Source of the DNA: an uncultured Acetatifactor sp.
GTDB taxonomy: Bacteria; Bacillota; Clostridia; Lachnospirales; Lachnospiraceae
Direction: 5' to 3'
Assembly (NCBI GenBank): GCA_910577185.1
Contig: CAJTLR010000004.1
Location: 21,399 to 85,398 of the forward strand
DNA: 64,000 nt
Part shown: in pieces, positions 30,633 through 39,402 of the stretch
Position numbering within the stretch: position 1 is the first letter of the stretch
Layout: each line of letters begins with the position of its first letter
The notes under the pieces: model-generated
What the model saw: only the letters and a program-made list of their open reading frames with translations
What the model was told of the DNA's origin: nothing
Databases searched by the model: none
Translations under genes and position numbers: made by a program

Positions 30633-31622
30633 TTATTTTTTCCCGAAGTTTTTTTCGTAATCCTCGTAATTGCCGTACCTTCTCCATATTTCCATCATCA
30701 TCTCATAACGGTTCAGGTCAAGCCCGGTATAAACGCAGTTGGAGGTGGCAAAAACATAGCCTCTTCCGTTTTCCATGCCTTCCCGCAGTGTGCGCATGAT
30801 GTCCTCGCGACATTCTTCATCCGTTCCTGTCTGCAGAAGGCCGCAGTTGACATTGCCGACCAGCGCGATATCATTCCCGATGATCTTCCTCACCTCGGGA
30901 ATGGACACGCCGCCCTGGGGATCCAGGGAATGGATGGCATCCGGCTTGCAGTCTGCCATCTTTTTGACAATCGGCATAATGTTCCCATCGGTATGCTTGA
31001 TAGTGTAATAACCCATTTTACGGTATTCCGCAATCGACTCTTTCAGGTAGGGAACAATAAATTCGTCAAACTGTTCCTCATTGAAAAACGGGTTCACATT
31101 GAAGCAGTAGTCAGAACACAGCGCAAAGCCGTCATGCAGGTGCCCCTTCTGGTCCAGCGCCGCCGCGAATTTCAGAGAATCGTCCAGACGTTTTTGGGAT
31201 TCCTCGTTCAGCCCTTCCGGGTCATCATACATCCTTACGGAAAAGTCCATCATGCTGTTCCCGTCCGGAATTGCCCAGGTGGGATCGCCGTGCATCATGA
31301 TATAATACTCATCATCGCTTTTTTCGCGGATCAGCTCGAGCAGCCACTGAGTATTCTCTACCCCGCCCGGATTGAGATGCACAAAAATTGCGCTGTGGCC
31401 ATATGCCCTGGCTGTATCAATATACAGCTGTGCCATCTCGTTCATATGAAGGCTTTTTTCCTGGTAGCTCATCTGGTTCCACTGTTCGTAAAAACGGTGG
31501 GCCGGATGAACCTTCCCGAATTTCTCCATGGTCAGGAAGAATACCAGCTCAAATGTAGGGACCTGCCCGCCAATCGGCTCACATTTTAATGTTTTGATAA
31601 AACGTTCTCTATGTGTCATCAT
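30633..31622 (-). CDS. Uroporphyrinogen decarboxylase (URO-D/CIMS) family protein
   Basis: MTHRERF start; KHTDGN, LVGNVN, GYVFATSN. Confidence 0.85.
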   Translation of the reverse strand: MMTHRERFIKTLKCEPIGGQVPTFELVFFLTMEKFGKVHPAHRFYEQWNQMSYQEKSLHMNEMAQLYIDTARAYGHSAIFVHLNPGGVENTQWLLELIREKSDDEYYIMMHGDPTWAIPDGNSMMDFSVRMYDDPEGLNEESQKRLDDSLKFAAALDQKGHLHDGFALCSDYCFNVNPFFNEEQFDEFIVPYLKESIAEYRKMGYYTIKHTDGNIMPIVKKMADCKPDAIHSLDPQGGVSIPEVRKIIGNDIALVGNVNCGLLQTGTDEECREDIMRTLREGMENGRGYVFATSNCVYTGLDLNRYEMMMEIWRRYGNYEDYEKNFGKK

Positions 31623-31635
31623 GCTTGCCCTTTCG

Positions 31636-31870
31636 TCATTCTTCAAACATCATCTGTTCCATATCAAAATCCTGGAACGCCGCGTTTCTGCCAAGATTAA
31701 CCGTTTCTGCACGTTCTGCCGGCGCAGAGGCTCTTTTCGCGGTCTCTGTCATGGAGAATGCGCTCTGCCCCTGCCGGCGCCGCGTTTCCGCAGATCCCGG
31801 CCGGGGCTTCCTCACCGACTACGTGTAGTTTCCAGCTCCAAAAGCGGATCTTCGCTTCATCGCTTTCCAT
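31636..31870 (-). pseudogene. Collapsed remnant of an ASKHA/DUF4445 ATP-dependent corrinoid reactivase (RACo-type)
   Basis: Fragments LHVVGEEAPAGICG, GNAAPAGA and (frameshifted) ETVNLGRNAAFQDFDMEQMMF within 235 bp. Confidence 0.7.
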
Positions 31871-31878
31871 TTCCAATC

Positions 31879-32901
31879 TTACGCCTCTTTTTTTGCTCCG
31901 TAAAACTCGTTTACCGCGCCGAAGAAGGCATCGATATTTTCCCACTTTGACAGGGGAGGGATATCACAGCCGGACGAGATTACAAAATTATCATATTTAC
32001 AGCATCTTTCCATCAGCGCGGCCGTTTCCTGCCGGATAGACTCGGGAGTGCCGTTTTTGAATTGCCCCGCAGGGTCAATATTTCCCATGACCAGCTTATC
32101 CCTGGGCATTTTCTGAAGTATTTCCTCCATATTCACCGCGTTGCCGAAATGGAATGCCGCCGCACCCGTCGCCGCAATGGAATCCGTCATCAGCATCGTA
32201 CTGTTCCCGCAGTTATGATAGATAACGATGAATGAATCGTCCTGTACCATTTCCACGATCTCACGCACATAAGGCTCGGAGAATTCCTCCTCCAGTGCCG
32301 GGGAAAGAACGCCCGCCAGGGGCTCTGCAATCACGATGCCGTTGGCTCCGCATTCCTTGTACGCTTTACAGTAGTCAATCAAAAACCGGGTTGCTTTTTT
32401 CAGAACCGTATGGACCATATCCGGTTCTTCATAGCACAGGATCATGATCTCGGTCACATCCATCAGACGCCCCGCTAAAGAATAAGGGCCAATCACCCCG
32501 GCAAATACCGGGCGGTCTGTGATTTCCGCTGCGGCCTGTCTGATGGCGTCAATATAGATCCCGGTACGCCCGCTTCCAACCGGCGGGACAATAAGCGCTT
32601 CTGCCTCTTCTTTGGAAGACACAACGCTTTCAATTACGGTAGGCACCTCGTCGTCCGAAACCCGGATCTTGGCGCCGAAGCACTCCGCTTCCACAGACAA
32701 ATCCATCAGGCTTACAGAAGCCGCGCTGTCTGTCCGCTCTGCCACCAGCTTCATGCCTTTCGCCTGGGCGTGTGCGTCATTGATCAGATCCCTGACGCTG
32801 ATCCCCATAATCTGGATGGCCGGAAAGGAAAGGATCGGGAACGCCTTTTTCACCGGCGCAGTCCGCCATTCCTCCAGCCATTTTTTCATCTCTCTTTTCA
32901 T
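31879..32901 (-). CDS. MtaA/CmuA-family corrinoid methyltransferase (URO-D fold)
   Basis: DLSVEAECFG, GPYSLA, YHNCG, MGNIDP, SSGCDIP zinc-ligand motifs. Confidence 0.9.
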   Translation of the reverse strand: MKREMKKWLEEWRTAPVKKAFPILSFPAIQIMGISVRDLINDAHAQAKGMKLVAERTDSAASVSLMDLSVEAECFGAKIRVSDDEVPTVIESVVSSKEEAEALIVPPVGSGRTGIYIDAIRQAAAEITDRPVFAGVIGPYSLAGRLMDVTEIMILCYEEPDMVHTVLKKATRFLIDYCKAYKECGANGIVIAEPLAGVLSPALEEEFSEPYVREIVEMVQDDSFIVIYHNCGNSTMLMTDSIAATGAAAFHFGNAVNMEEILQKMPRDKLVMGNIDPAGQFKNGTPESIRQETAALMERCCKYDNFVISSGCDIPPLSKWENIDAFFGAVNEFYGAKKEA

Positions 32902-32926
32902 CTTTCCAGCCTCTCTTCAGCGCTTT

Positions 32927-33493
32927 TTAAAACAGCGCCGCCCCGAAATAGGTCACGGTATTTTCCCCGTTGATATAGTGCATCCCGCACTGCTTCGCCA
33001 GCCTGGATACATTGATGCCGTAAGCCTCCAGGGAGGACATCGCCCTGTCCGGAAACCGGCAGGGATCCCCCGTTTTTTTCCCGCATACCGGGCAGAGGCG
33101 GCGCCAGCCGCCGGCGCCTAAATGGAGCGCCTTTTTCACACCGTTTTTTTCAAACAGCTCCCGCACGTTCTGGGCCAGGTCGTTGTGGAACCGGCCGGCT
33201 TCCATCATGCCTTCAAAGTCATAGCTGTCCTCCAGCAGCCCCACCGTCTGATAAACGACCGCCTGGGAATAGGTCTTTGCCTCCCGGATCAAATCGTCAA
33301 TCTCTCCAATGTCCGGCGGACACATATAACTTTTTCCATAATTGCCGCAGGCGTTGGAAGCACACATACTGCGGAAAGCCGTGTCAAACGATATGTTGTT
33401 TACGCCGGTCACAGCTACAGACTTTGCCCCCAGGCGCAGGACTTCTTCCTTCAGCGATTCGGGATCAGCCTTCCGCATATTCTCTGTGCCCAT
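32927..33493 (-). CDS. DUF2284 Cys-rich metal-binding protein
   Basis: C...NACGNYGKSYMCPP; CPVC...CRFP...SLEAYGINV. Confidence 0.85.
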   Translation of the reverse strand: MGTENMRKADPESLKEEVLRLGAKSVAVTGVNNISFDTAFRSMCASNACGNYGKSYMCPPDIGEIDDLIREAKTYSQAVVYQTVGLLEDSYDFEGMMEAGRFHNDLAQNVRELFEKNGVKKALHLGAGGWRRLCPVCGKKTGDPCRFPDRAMSSLEAYGINVSRLAKQCGMHYINGENTVTYFGAALF

Positions 33494-33494
33494 C

Positions 33495-34136
33495 TTACGC
33501 CATCCCGTGGCAGAATGCAACTGCCGCATCCGCGGCGCTTGCCGCGTCTGTCGTATATTTATCCGCACCGATCTGCAGGCAGAAGGCTTCTGTCACAGGA
33601 GCGCCGCCGATCATGATCTTTACCTTGTCACGGATACCGGCTTTTTCCGCTTCTTTGACCACTTCGCCCATAACCGGCATGGTAGTTGTCAGCAATGCGG
33701 AACAGCAGATGATCTGACAGCCCTGCTCAACCGCAGTTTGTACATAGGTTTCCGGAGCCACATCCGTTCCCAGGTCCACAACCTCCAGGCCTTTGCCTTC
33801 CATCATCATCTTCACCAGGTTTTTGCCGATGTCGTGCAGGTCGCCTTTTACCGTACCAATGCAGACCTTACCCGCTGCTTCTACGCCGCTTTCAGCCAGC
33901 AGGGGCTTCAGCAGGGTAGTGCCCATATTCATCGCGCGGGCAGCCACCAGAACCTCCGGAACGAAAACCTCGTTCTTTTTGAACTTATCGCCGACAACGT
34001 CCATCCCGGCAAGCAGGCCCTGCTCCAGGATGTCACGCGCGGGAACGCCTTCGTCAATGGCCTGCTGAACCAGCTCTTTGACAATCTTTGCTTTTCCTCT
34101 TTGGAGATTCTCAGAAATTTCACTTAAAATGCTCAT
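33495..34136 (-). CDS. Corrinoid (B12-binding) protein, MttC/MtbC-like
   Basis: GTVKGDLHDIGKNLV (DxHxxG), SALLTTTM, MIGGAP; own GGGAGG RBS. Confidence 0.95.
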   Translation of the reverse strand: MSILSEISENLQRGKAKIVKELVQQAIDEGVPARDILEQGLLAGMDVVGDKFKKNEVFVPEVLVAARAMNMGTTLLKPLLAESGVEAAGKVCIGTVKGDLHDIGKNLVKMMMEGKGLEVVDLGTDVAPETYVQTAVEQGCQIICCSALLTTTMPVMGEVVKEAEKAGIRDKVKIMIGGAPVTEAFCLQIGADKYTTDAASAADAAVAFCHGMA

Positions 34137-34176
34137 GTCTTTTCCTCCCGGCATTGACGCCTTTTGATTGATTGGT

Positions 34177-34832
34177 TTATTTTTTCTGATCTTTTCCCAC
34201 GCCTGGTAGACGCGGTATACATTTTCCGGATTTGCCCCCGGCCCGAACTCGCACTGCGCAATACAGCCGCCATTTTGCCACAAAGTTATGTAGACCGATT
34301 CCACAGCCTGGTCGATATCCGCTGTCGTTCCTTTCGGCAAAAGATGCTGCCGGTCAATCTCGCCCCAGAAGGTGATCTTCCCTTTATAAGGCGCCAGATT
34401 TTCAAGCCCCATGCAAAACAGCTGGCTGTTGACCGCATCCAGCCCCAGGTCAATCAGTTTCGGAATAATCCGCAGGATGTTCCCGTCCGAGTGCATAAAA
34501 ATCTTTTTACCGTTCCGGTGTGCAATCTCAATATAATCACGGTACATGGGTGCGAAAAATTCATCCCACAGCTGCGGACTGATCAACAGGTCATTTTGGG
34601 AGCCCCATTCATCCACGTATTCCCCAACTGCGTACGCGTCGCCTTTGGTGGCGGGATATTCCTTCCATACCGTATCCGGCCCGTCAAAATCCCACTCAAA
34701 GTCCTGAGCCAGCCGCTCCATCATTTCCGGGCAGTGCTCCTGTGCACAGGGCAGCGACCACAGTTGCCGCGGGATACGCTCTTCCGTATTGGTGAAATGG
34801 AGGGTGCTCAGCACACGTTCTTTTGATGTCAT
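34177..34832 (-). pseudogene. URO-D/methyltransferase-family gene with internal deletion, read through into the corrinoid gene
   Basis: MTSKERV start; junction YVDEWG|SQNDLLISP near 34605; FMHSDG and FWGEIDRQ retained; nearest TAA is out of frame after an A6 run. Confidence 0.7.
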
Positions 34833-34984
34833 TTTACTCCCCCTTTCCCGAAAAATGTTTCGGAAATAGATTGTATTTATCATTAAATCGATTATAATAA
34901 ATATAAATTCATTCCGCATTCAAAAAAATATTTGATACGGATTTATACGGCTCCATCCAAATTTTCAGAATTTAAGGAGACATT

Positions 34985-35860
34985 ATGATCCCTTTGATCG
35001 ACCAGTACTGCTGGACTCCTCACCGCAAGATCCTTTCTTCCGAGCAGACGCAGCTTCCATGGCTCCAGACGTTCGGCATCCAGACCTCCGGCAAAGCCGA
35101 AAAACCGCTGGTCCCGCATACCCATCCCGGCTGCATGGAAATTGTTTTTTTGCTCAAGGGCTTCCAAATCTACGAAACCTCCGGGCATCTTTTCCGGCTT
35201 ACCGGCTATGATATTTTTGTCACCCGCACGGGAGAACCGCACAGCTCCGGCGATTTCCCGGAGCATATCAGCGACCTGATGTGGTTTCAGCTCCGTCTTT
35301 CCGCCCTCACACAGACCTTCCGCGAGCCGCAGGCATCCCAGCTTGCCTCTGCCCTTCAAGAGCTGCCCCGGATATTCCGCGGGAACGCCGCCCTGGAAAG
35401 CCAGCTCAGAGAAGCTTTTTTCTGCCTGGCATCTTCAGACCCCATCTCCCAGGCATTGGGGCAGGCGCTTTTTACCAGCTGCCTTTACCGTATGATCCTG
35501 CTTTCCCGGGAGCTGAAACCGCTGCAGGCCGACCAGATCAGTGAAGCAATCGTTTATATCCACGAACATATCGATGAGCCCATCGCCCTGGAAAACACCG
35601 CGGCAAGCTGCGGCCTTTCCCTTTCCCGCTTCAAGTCAAAATTCAGGGAGGAAACCGGCATCACACCCCGGGCCTTCATCAACTATGTCAAGGTCGCGCG
35701 AGCCAAGCAGCTCTTGAAGCAGGGGCTTTCCGTCACCCAGGTATCAGACAGGCTCTCTTTTGATACCCCGAACTATTTTGCTACCCTTTTCAAAAGGTAC
35801 ACCGGCAAAACACCCAGCCAGTATCAGAAAAGCCCTTCTCAGGAATCCGATCCCTCATAA
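34985..35860 (+). CDS. AraC-family transcriptional regulator (cupin sensor domain)
   Basis: PHTHPGCMEI cupin; C-terminal double HTH (FDTPNYFATLFKRYTGKTPSQY); divergent from the methyltransferase operon. Confidence 0.93.
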   Translation: MIPLIDQYCWTPHRKILSSEQTQLPWLQTFGIQTSGKAEKPLVPHTHPGCMEIVFLLKGFQIYETSGHLFRLTGYDIFVTRTGEPHSSGDFPEHISDLMWFQLRLSALTQTFREPQASQLASALQELPRIFRGNAALESQLREAFFCLASSDPISQALGQALFTSCLYRMILLSRELKPLQADQISEAIVYIHEHIDEPIALENTAASCGLSLSRFKSKFREETGITPRAFINYVKVARAKQLLKQGLSVTQVSDRLSFDTPNYFATLFKRYTGKTPSQYQKSPSQESDPS

Positions 35861-35926
35861 TCCCGGCAGGCCCGGATATATCTCCCTCCGTTCCGCCTCA
35901 CCTGGCTAATTAATTTACAATCTATA

Positions 35927-35954
35927 TAAAGAACAAGCTCTTTTTTGCCGATAT
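35927..35954 (+). promoter_or_regulatory. Sigma-28 (SigD/FliA) promoter
   Basis: Exact TAAA-N16-GCCGATAT. Confidence 0.85.
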
Positions 35955-36109
35955 ATTATAGTGCAGTATGGACGTTATTGAAAATAGCGTTGGGTGAGTA
36001 GCTGCGCAGGTGGAAGAGAGATTTTTAAAATGGCGTTATAAAAGTTTGGAGAACAAGGCGGATTAATACCAGGCAAGTGTGTATTGGTTCGCCTTGCAAG
36101 GAGGAAAGA

Positions 36110-36937
36110 ATGAGCATTAGTGGAGTTGGGAGCGTTAATTCGTATATTTACAACATGAAAACAGGGAAACTGTCTACAAAAGATGGCTCGCATGATGAAT
36201 TTGTAGAGTATTTTAATGATAACTTGAATGGCGAAAATTCCGATGCGCTGAATGGTTTTGACCAACAGCGTAAAAGCGGTGTTAAAAAGATGATCAGCCT
36301 GATGGAGGAGATGGGGCTGGGAAAAAATATAGTAGATACGCTGCAGGGTGACGAAATTGAAATCACTTCGGAGATAGTTGATGCCACTACGAGTACCTAT
36401 TGTATCAATGGAGAGAAGGTATTTACCCTCAATGCAGCAGTAAGATATACACCAGAGGAAATAAGCGTTTTTGGCAGACTGGATCATCCATATAAAACCA
36501 CACATCCCACAGGCTATGACCCTTTGCGGAACCGCCTTAGCATAGGCGTGGGAAATGTCTTTGAATTTGGGAATGGTTATAAGTTCACGGTGGAGAGGGA
36601 TAGAGTAAGAATTGACAGTTATGGAAAGGGAACAGCGGAGGATTACCAAAATGCAGGTTCATTTGCATTTGGCCTGAGCGCATTGATTCGTTTCGGCGAC
36701 CAGCAGGCGTTTTCGGCACTGCATCGCGCAGCGGTCAGCACACCGATGATGTTGGAATTTCTGAAGGAATTAGGAGTAGATACCAGCAGGGAATTCATAA
36801 TTAACGAAACCAAATGTGAGGTGAGGAATGGACGGATAGAAGAAGTAGGAAATAAGGTAGGCGTTCCCAGTTCTATTCACCAGAAAGCAGTGGAACGCTA
36901 TGAAAAATGGATGTATATACCTCTTTCAAAGAGGTAA
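36110..36937 (+). CDS. Hypothetical protein, probably sigma-28 controlled
   Basis: AAGGAGG RBS; MSISGVGSVNS N-terminus; no recognised domain. Confidence 0.8.
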   Translation: MSISGVGSVNSYIYNMKTGKLSTKDGSHDEFVEYFNDNLNGENSDALNGFDQQRKSGVKKMISLMEEMGLGKNIVDTLQGDEIEITSEIVDATTSTYCINGEKVFTLNAAVRYTPEEISVFGRLDHPYKTTHPTGYDPLRNRLSIGVGNVFEFGNGYKFTVERDRVRIDSYGKGTAEDYQNAGSFAFGLSALIRFGDQQAFSALHRAAVSTPMMLEFLKELGVDTSREFIINETKCEVRNGRIEEVGNKVGVPSSIHQKAVERYEKWMYIPLSKR

Positions 36938-37045
36938 GTCCTGGAGCTGCGGGAAAGCAGGAGCTTTTGTATATGACTCTATACGGACTGACATTTTAAG
37001 TCTGTAAAGAGTCAAAAAAATAATTAAAAAAATGGAGACCATATA

Positions 37046-38101
37046 ATGAGTGTTGGAATGAACAGTGTTTTGATGAGGGGAAGACAATATGAGTATAGGA
37101 CTACGAATACGCCTGACCGGGGGAAATCCTTGTTTGAACGGGTGGGCAGGACGGATTCCTGTCAGCCGGAGAGGCGGGTTGAAAATGGCCGGTTAAGCGC
37201 ATATGATGCATATAGTTGCATGAACGCAGGCCTTAGGGGCGGAGCCGTATCTGAAAGCCTGGGCGCACAGGCATGCACTGAGCTTGAAAAAGTTGAAAAT
37301 GAGAAATACACAGTCTCTGTTTATAATAAAGACGGAATAAAAAATCATTGGAGCATATATGACAAAACGTCAGATAAATATTACAGGTTCGATCCCCAAA
37401 ACACAACTGTCCAGGTTGATTCTGAAACCGGAAAACGTTACCTGGTTCAGGAAGACAGGCTGGGAGGGCTTATGAATGCCTGTGGAATGAATGCTTTTCT
37501 GGAAAATACCCTGAAAGAGTTTATGGGGGTTGATGAGATAAAGTGTTCCTGCATAAATGAGCGGTTTGATGTTACAATAAACCAATACACGGGAATCGCT
37601 TCAATCAGAAAGAAAGGCGCGGAAGGAAATGGCGCGTGCATGATAGTTGACGGCGAGGAGCAAGCCCGGAAATTAGAGGAGCTTGCAAATATATATATGG
37701 AAAAATACCCATCACTTATGACAAGTAAAGAAATGGCGATGACGTATGCAGAATTGGAGATTGCCGGATATGCGTTTCGGGATGAAAATGGAATATTGAC
37801 GATTGGCATTGGCGGAATGGGATACATGAACGAAAAAGAACCGGATAAGGGATGGGGGATACTGTACTCAGGATTTGATTCTTCGATCTATTCCAAAATA
37901 GTGGGAGCTTTTTCGGAAGGTGCCATAACCCAGGGGGAGGTTGGGATAATCGAAAAATGGGAAGAGTGGTTAGAGAAGAAGGGAGTGGAATTTAAGGCCA
38001 GTACAATTAAATGGGATATGGAGAAAGCCTTAGAGAGAAAAGCTGATATGTATCATACATCAGTAAGGCCAGGTGATTTTATGTGTTTTGAAGAAAATTA
38101 A
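37046..38101 (+). CDS. Hypothetical protein
   Basis: 351-aa ORF with GGAG RBS; no recognised domain. Confidence 0.8.
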   Translation: MSVGMNSVLMRGRQYEYRTTNTPDRGKSLFERVGRTDSCQPERRVENGRLSAYDAYSCMNAGLRGGAVSESLGAQACTELEKVENEKYTVSVYNKDGIKNHWSIYDKTSDKYYRFDPQNTTVQVDSETGKRYLVQEDRLGGLMNACGMNAFLENTLKEFMGVDEIKCSCINERFDVTINQYTGIASIRKKGAEGNGACMIVDGEEQARKLEELANIYMEKYPSLMTSKEMAMTYAELEIAGYAFRDENGILTIGIGGMGYMNEKEPDKGWGILYSGFDSSIYSKIVGAFSEGAITQGEVGIIEKWEEWLEKKGVEFKASTIKWDMEKALERKADMYHTSVRPGDFMCFEEN

Positions 38102-38123
38102 TAGCTTATTGAACTACGAATGT

Positions 38124-38225
38124 TCAAAGAGCTGTTTTTTGGGGGGAAATGGGCAGTTTAACGGTAAAAGTGGTCAATCCATTTTTGCTGTCTGCCCAGA
38201 TGGTTCCGCCATGCAGGAGGACGGG
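38124..38225 (-). pseudogene. C-terminal fragment of an OmpR-partner histidine kinase
   Basis: Minus strand reads VLLHGGTIWADSKNGLTTFTVKLPI, a typical HATPase_c terminus. Confidence 0.65.
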
Positions 38226-38362
38226 AGGTATCATAAAATTACAGTAGATCTAAACTTGGAGGGATAAGATTGAAAATTGAAAATTTTCAATCCCAAATTT
38301 GTGTCTGCGCGGCATCCACAAATTTGACATGCGCAAAAGGCCGCGCAGAAATGGGGTTAACT

Positions 38363-38963
38363 ATGCAAAGTGTAAGAATTTATGAGATGCCGGCCTGTAA
38401 AATGGTTTCGTCTGGAACAGGTATGTTCGGAGAGGGGAATTTCGTTATATTTGATGAATGGTTATCTTCGCAAAAACGCAGTCTGTTTCCGAAAGATTTC
38501 CTATATTGGGCAGGAGAGGGCTTTGTCTGGCTGTACATGTATGAGGATGGAATGAATGTTCCGAAAGAATTTGAAATAATAGATTTTCAGGGAGGTCTTT
38601 ATGCTGTAGCAACCGACATAGACCAGGAAACAGATAAGGAACTTATGAACACAGAAGTAGAAAAGTTTCTAAACTCCCATGCATTCCAATGCACCACCAT
38701 CAATAAAAGTCGGGAGTTTAGCTGATGCACACAACCTGCATAGAATATGCAGGTTGGCGCACAGCTGTCTCGCAAAACCATAAAGCAACATGGTTTTGAC
38801 TTCGCGGTAACGGAATGGCATAGGAACTTTTACAGTAAGTGAAAACGGATTAGAACGTGACACATCACGTTCGGAATTAGGAAATATTATTACGTCACCT
38901 TATGCGAAAGAGATAATAGGATACGAACAGATGGACTATTATTTCCCAATAAAAGCAAAGTAA
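38363..38963 (+). pseudogene. GyrI-like/AraC effector-binding protein interrupted by a 166-bp insertion
   Basis: Removing 38673-38838 gives a 435-bp open frame (...EVEKFL|SENGLERD...MDYYFPIKAK*); IDFQGGLYAV motif. Confidence 0.8.
38673..38838. mobile_element. Non-autonomous MITE-like structured insertion
   Basis: TAA at both junctions (38670-72, 38836-38); imperfect subterminal inverted repeats; three internal hairpins; no transposase. Confidence 0.75.
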
Positions 38964-39304
38964 ATCCCGGCTTGCTGAGCTGTGGCAGACAGTAAAGAAT
39001 CCACCTTGATTCTATTACCCGTGAAAATATTCATTATATTTTTGGGATGGTGCTGCAGGACACATGGCTGTTTGAGGGCAGTATACAAGATAACCTTCCT
39101 GTTTCTTCTATTTGGAATTTACTTTTGTTTTCTGCTTGCCTTTTGCTGTTTGGTCTGTCTGCCTTTTCTTTTTAGCAAGACCATCTTGCTAATGTAGACT
39201 GCATAAAATATAGTAAGTATCAGTAAACCGATTTTCTATTTCAATTACAATGTATATGAAGAAAAATTACTGTTTCGACAGGGAATAAACGGAATTTGTG
39301 ACAC

Positions 39305-39371
39305 TCAACGAAGCGTTTAGCGTGAAATCAACGCCTGGTATGTTCTAAATAGATTCTCTTTTTGGTATAAT
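39305..39371 (+). promoter_or_regulatory. Putative XRE operator and -10 box
   Basis: TCAACG-AAG-CGTTTA imperfect palindrome, second TCAACG at 39328, TGG-TATAAT at 39363-39371. Confidence 0.45.
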
Positions 39372-39402
39372 ACGGTCAAATACAGCAAAGGAGATTCGGT
39401 GT

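Noticed and set aside
33495..34919. 474-aa ORF as a genuine novel methyltransferase-corrinoid fusion
   Set aside because: Upstream half is internally deleted, the corrinoid gene keeps its own RBS, and a one-base change in an A-run restores a stop
38982..39197. 71-aa hydrophobic ORF
   Set aside because: No RBS; T-rich sequence explains the hydrophobicity; probably intergenic debris
38095..39300. Integron-like cassette-end motif (AAATTAATAGCTTATTGAAC, TAAATCCCGGCTTGCTGAGC, inverted AAATTCCGTTTATT)
   Set aside because: Only three loosely similar instances, absent after the other accessory genes, and no recombinase in the window
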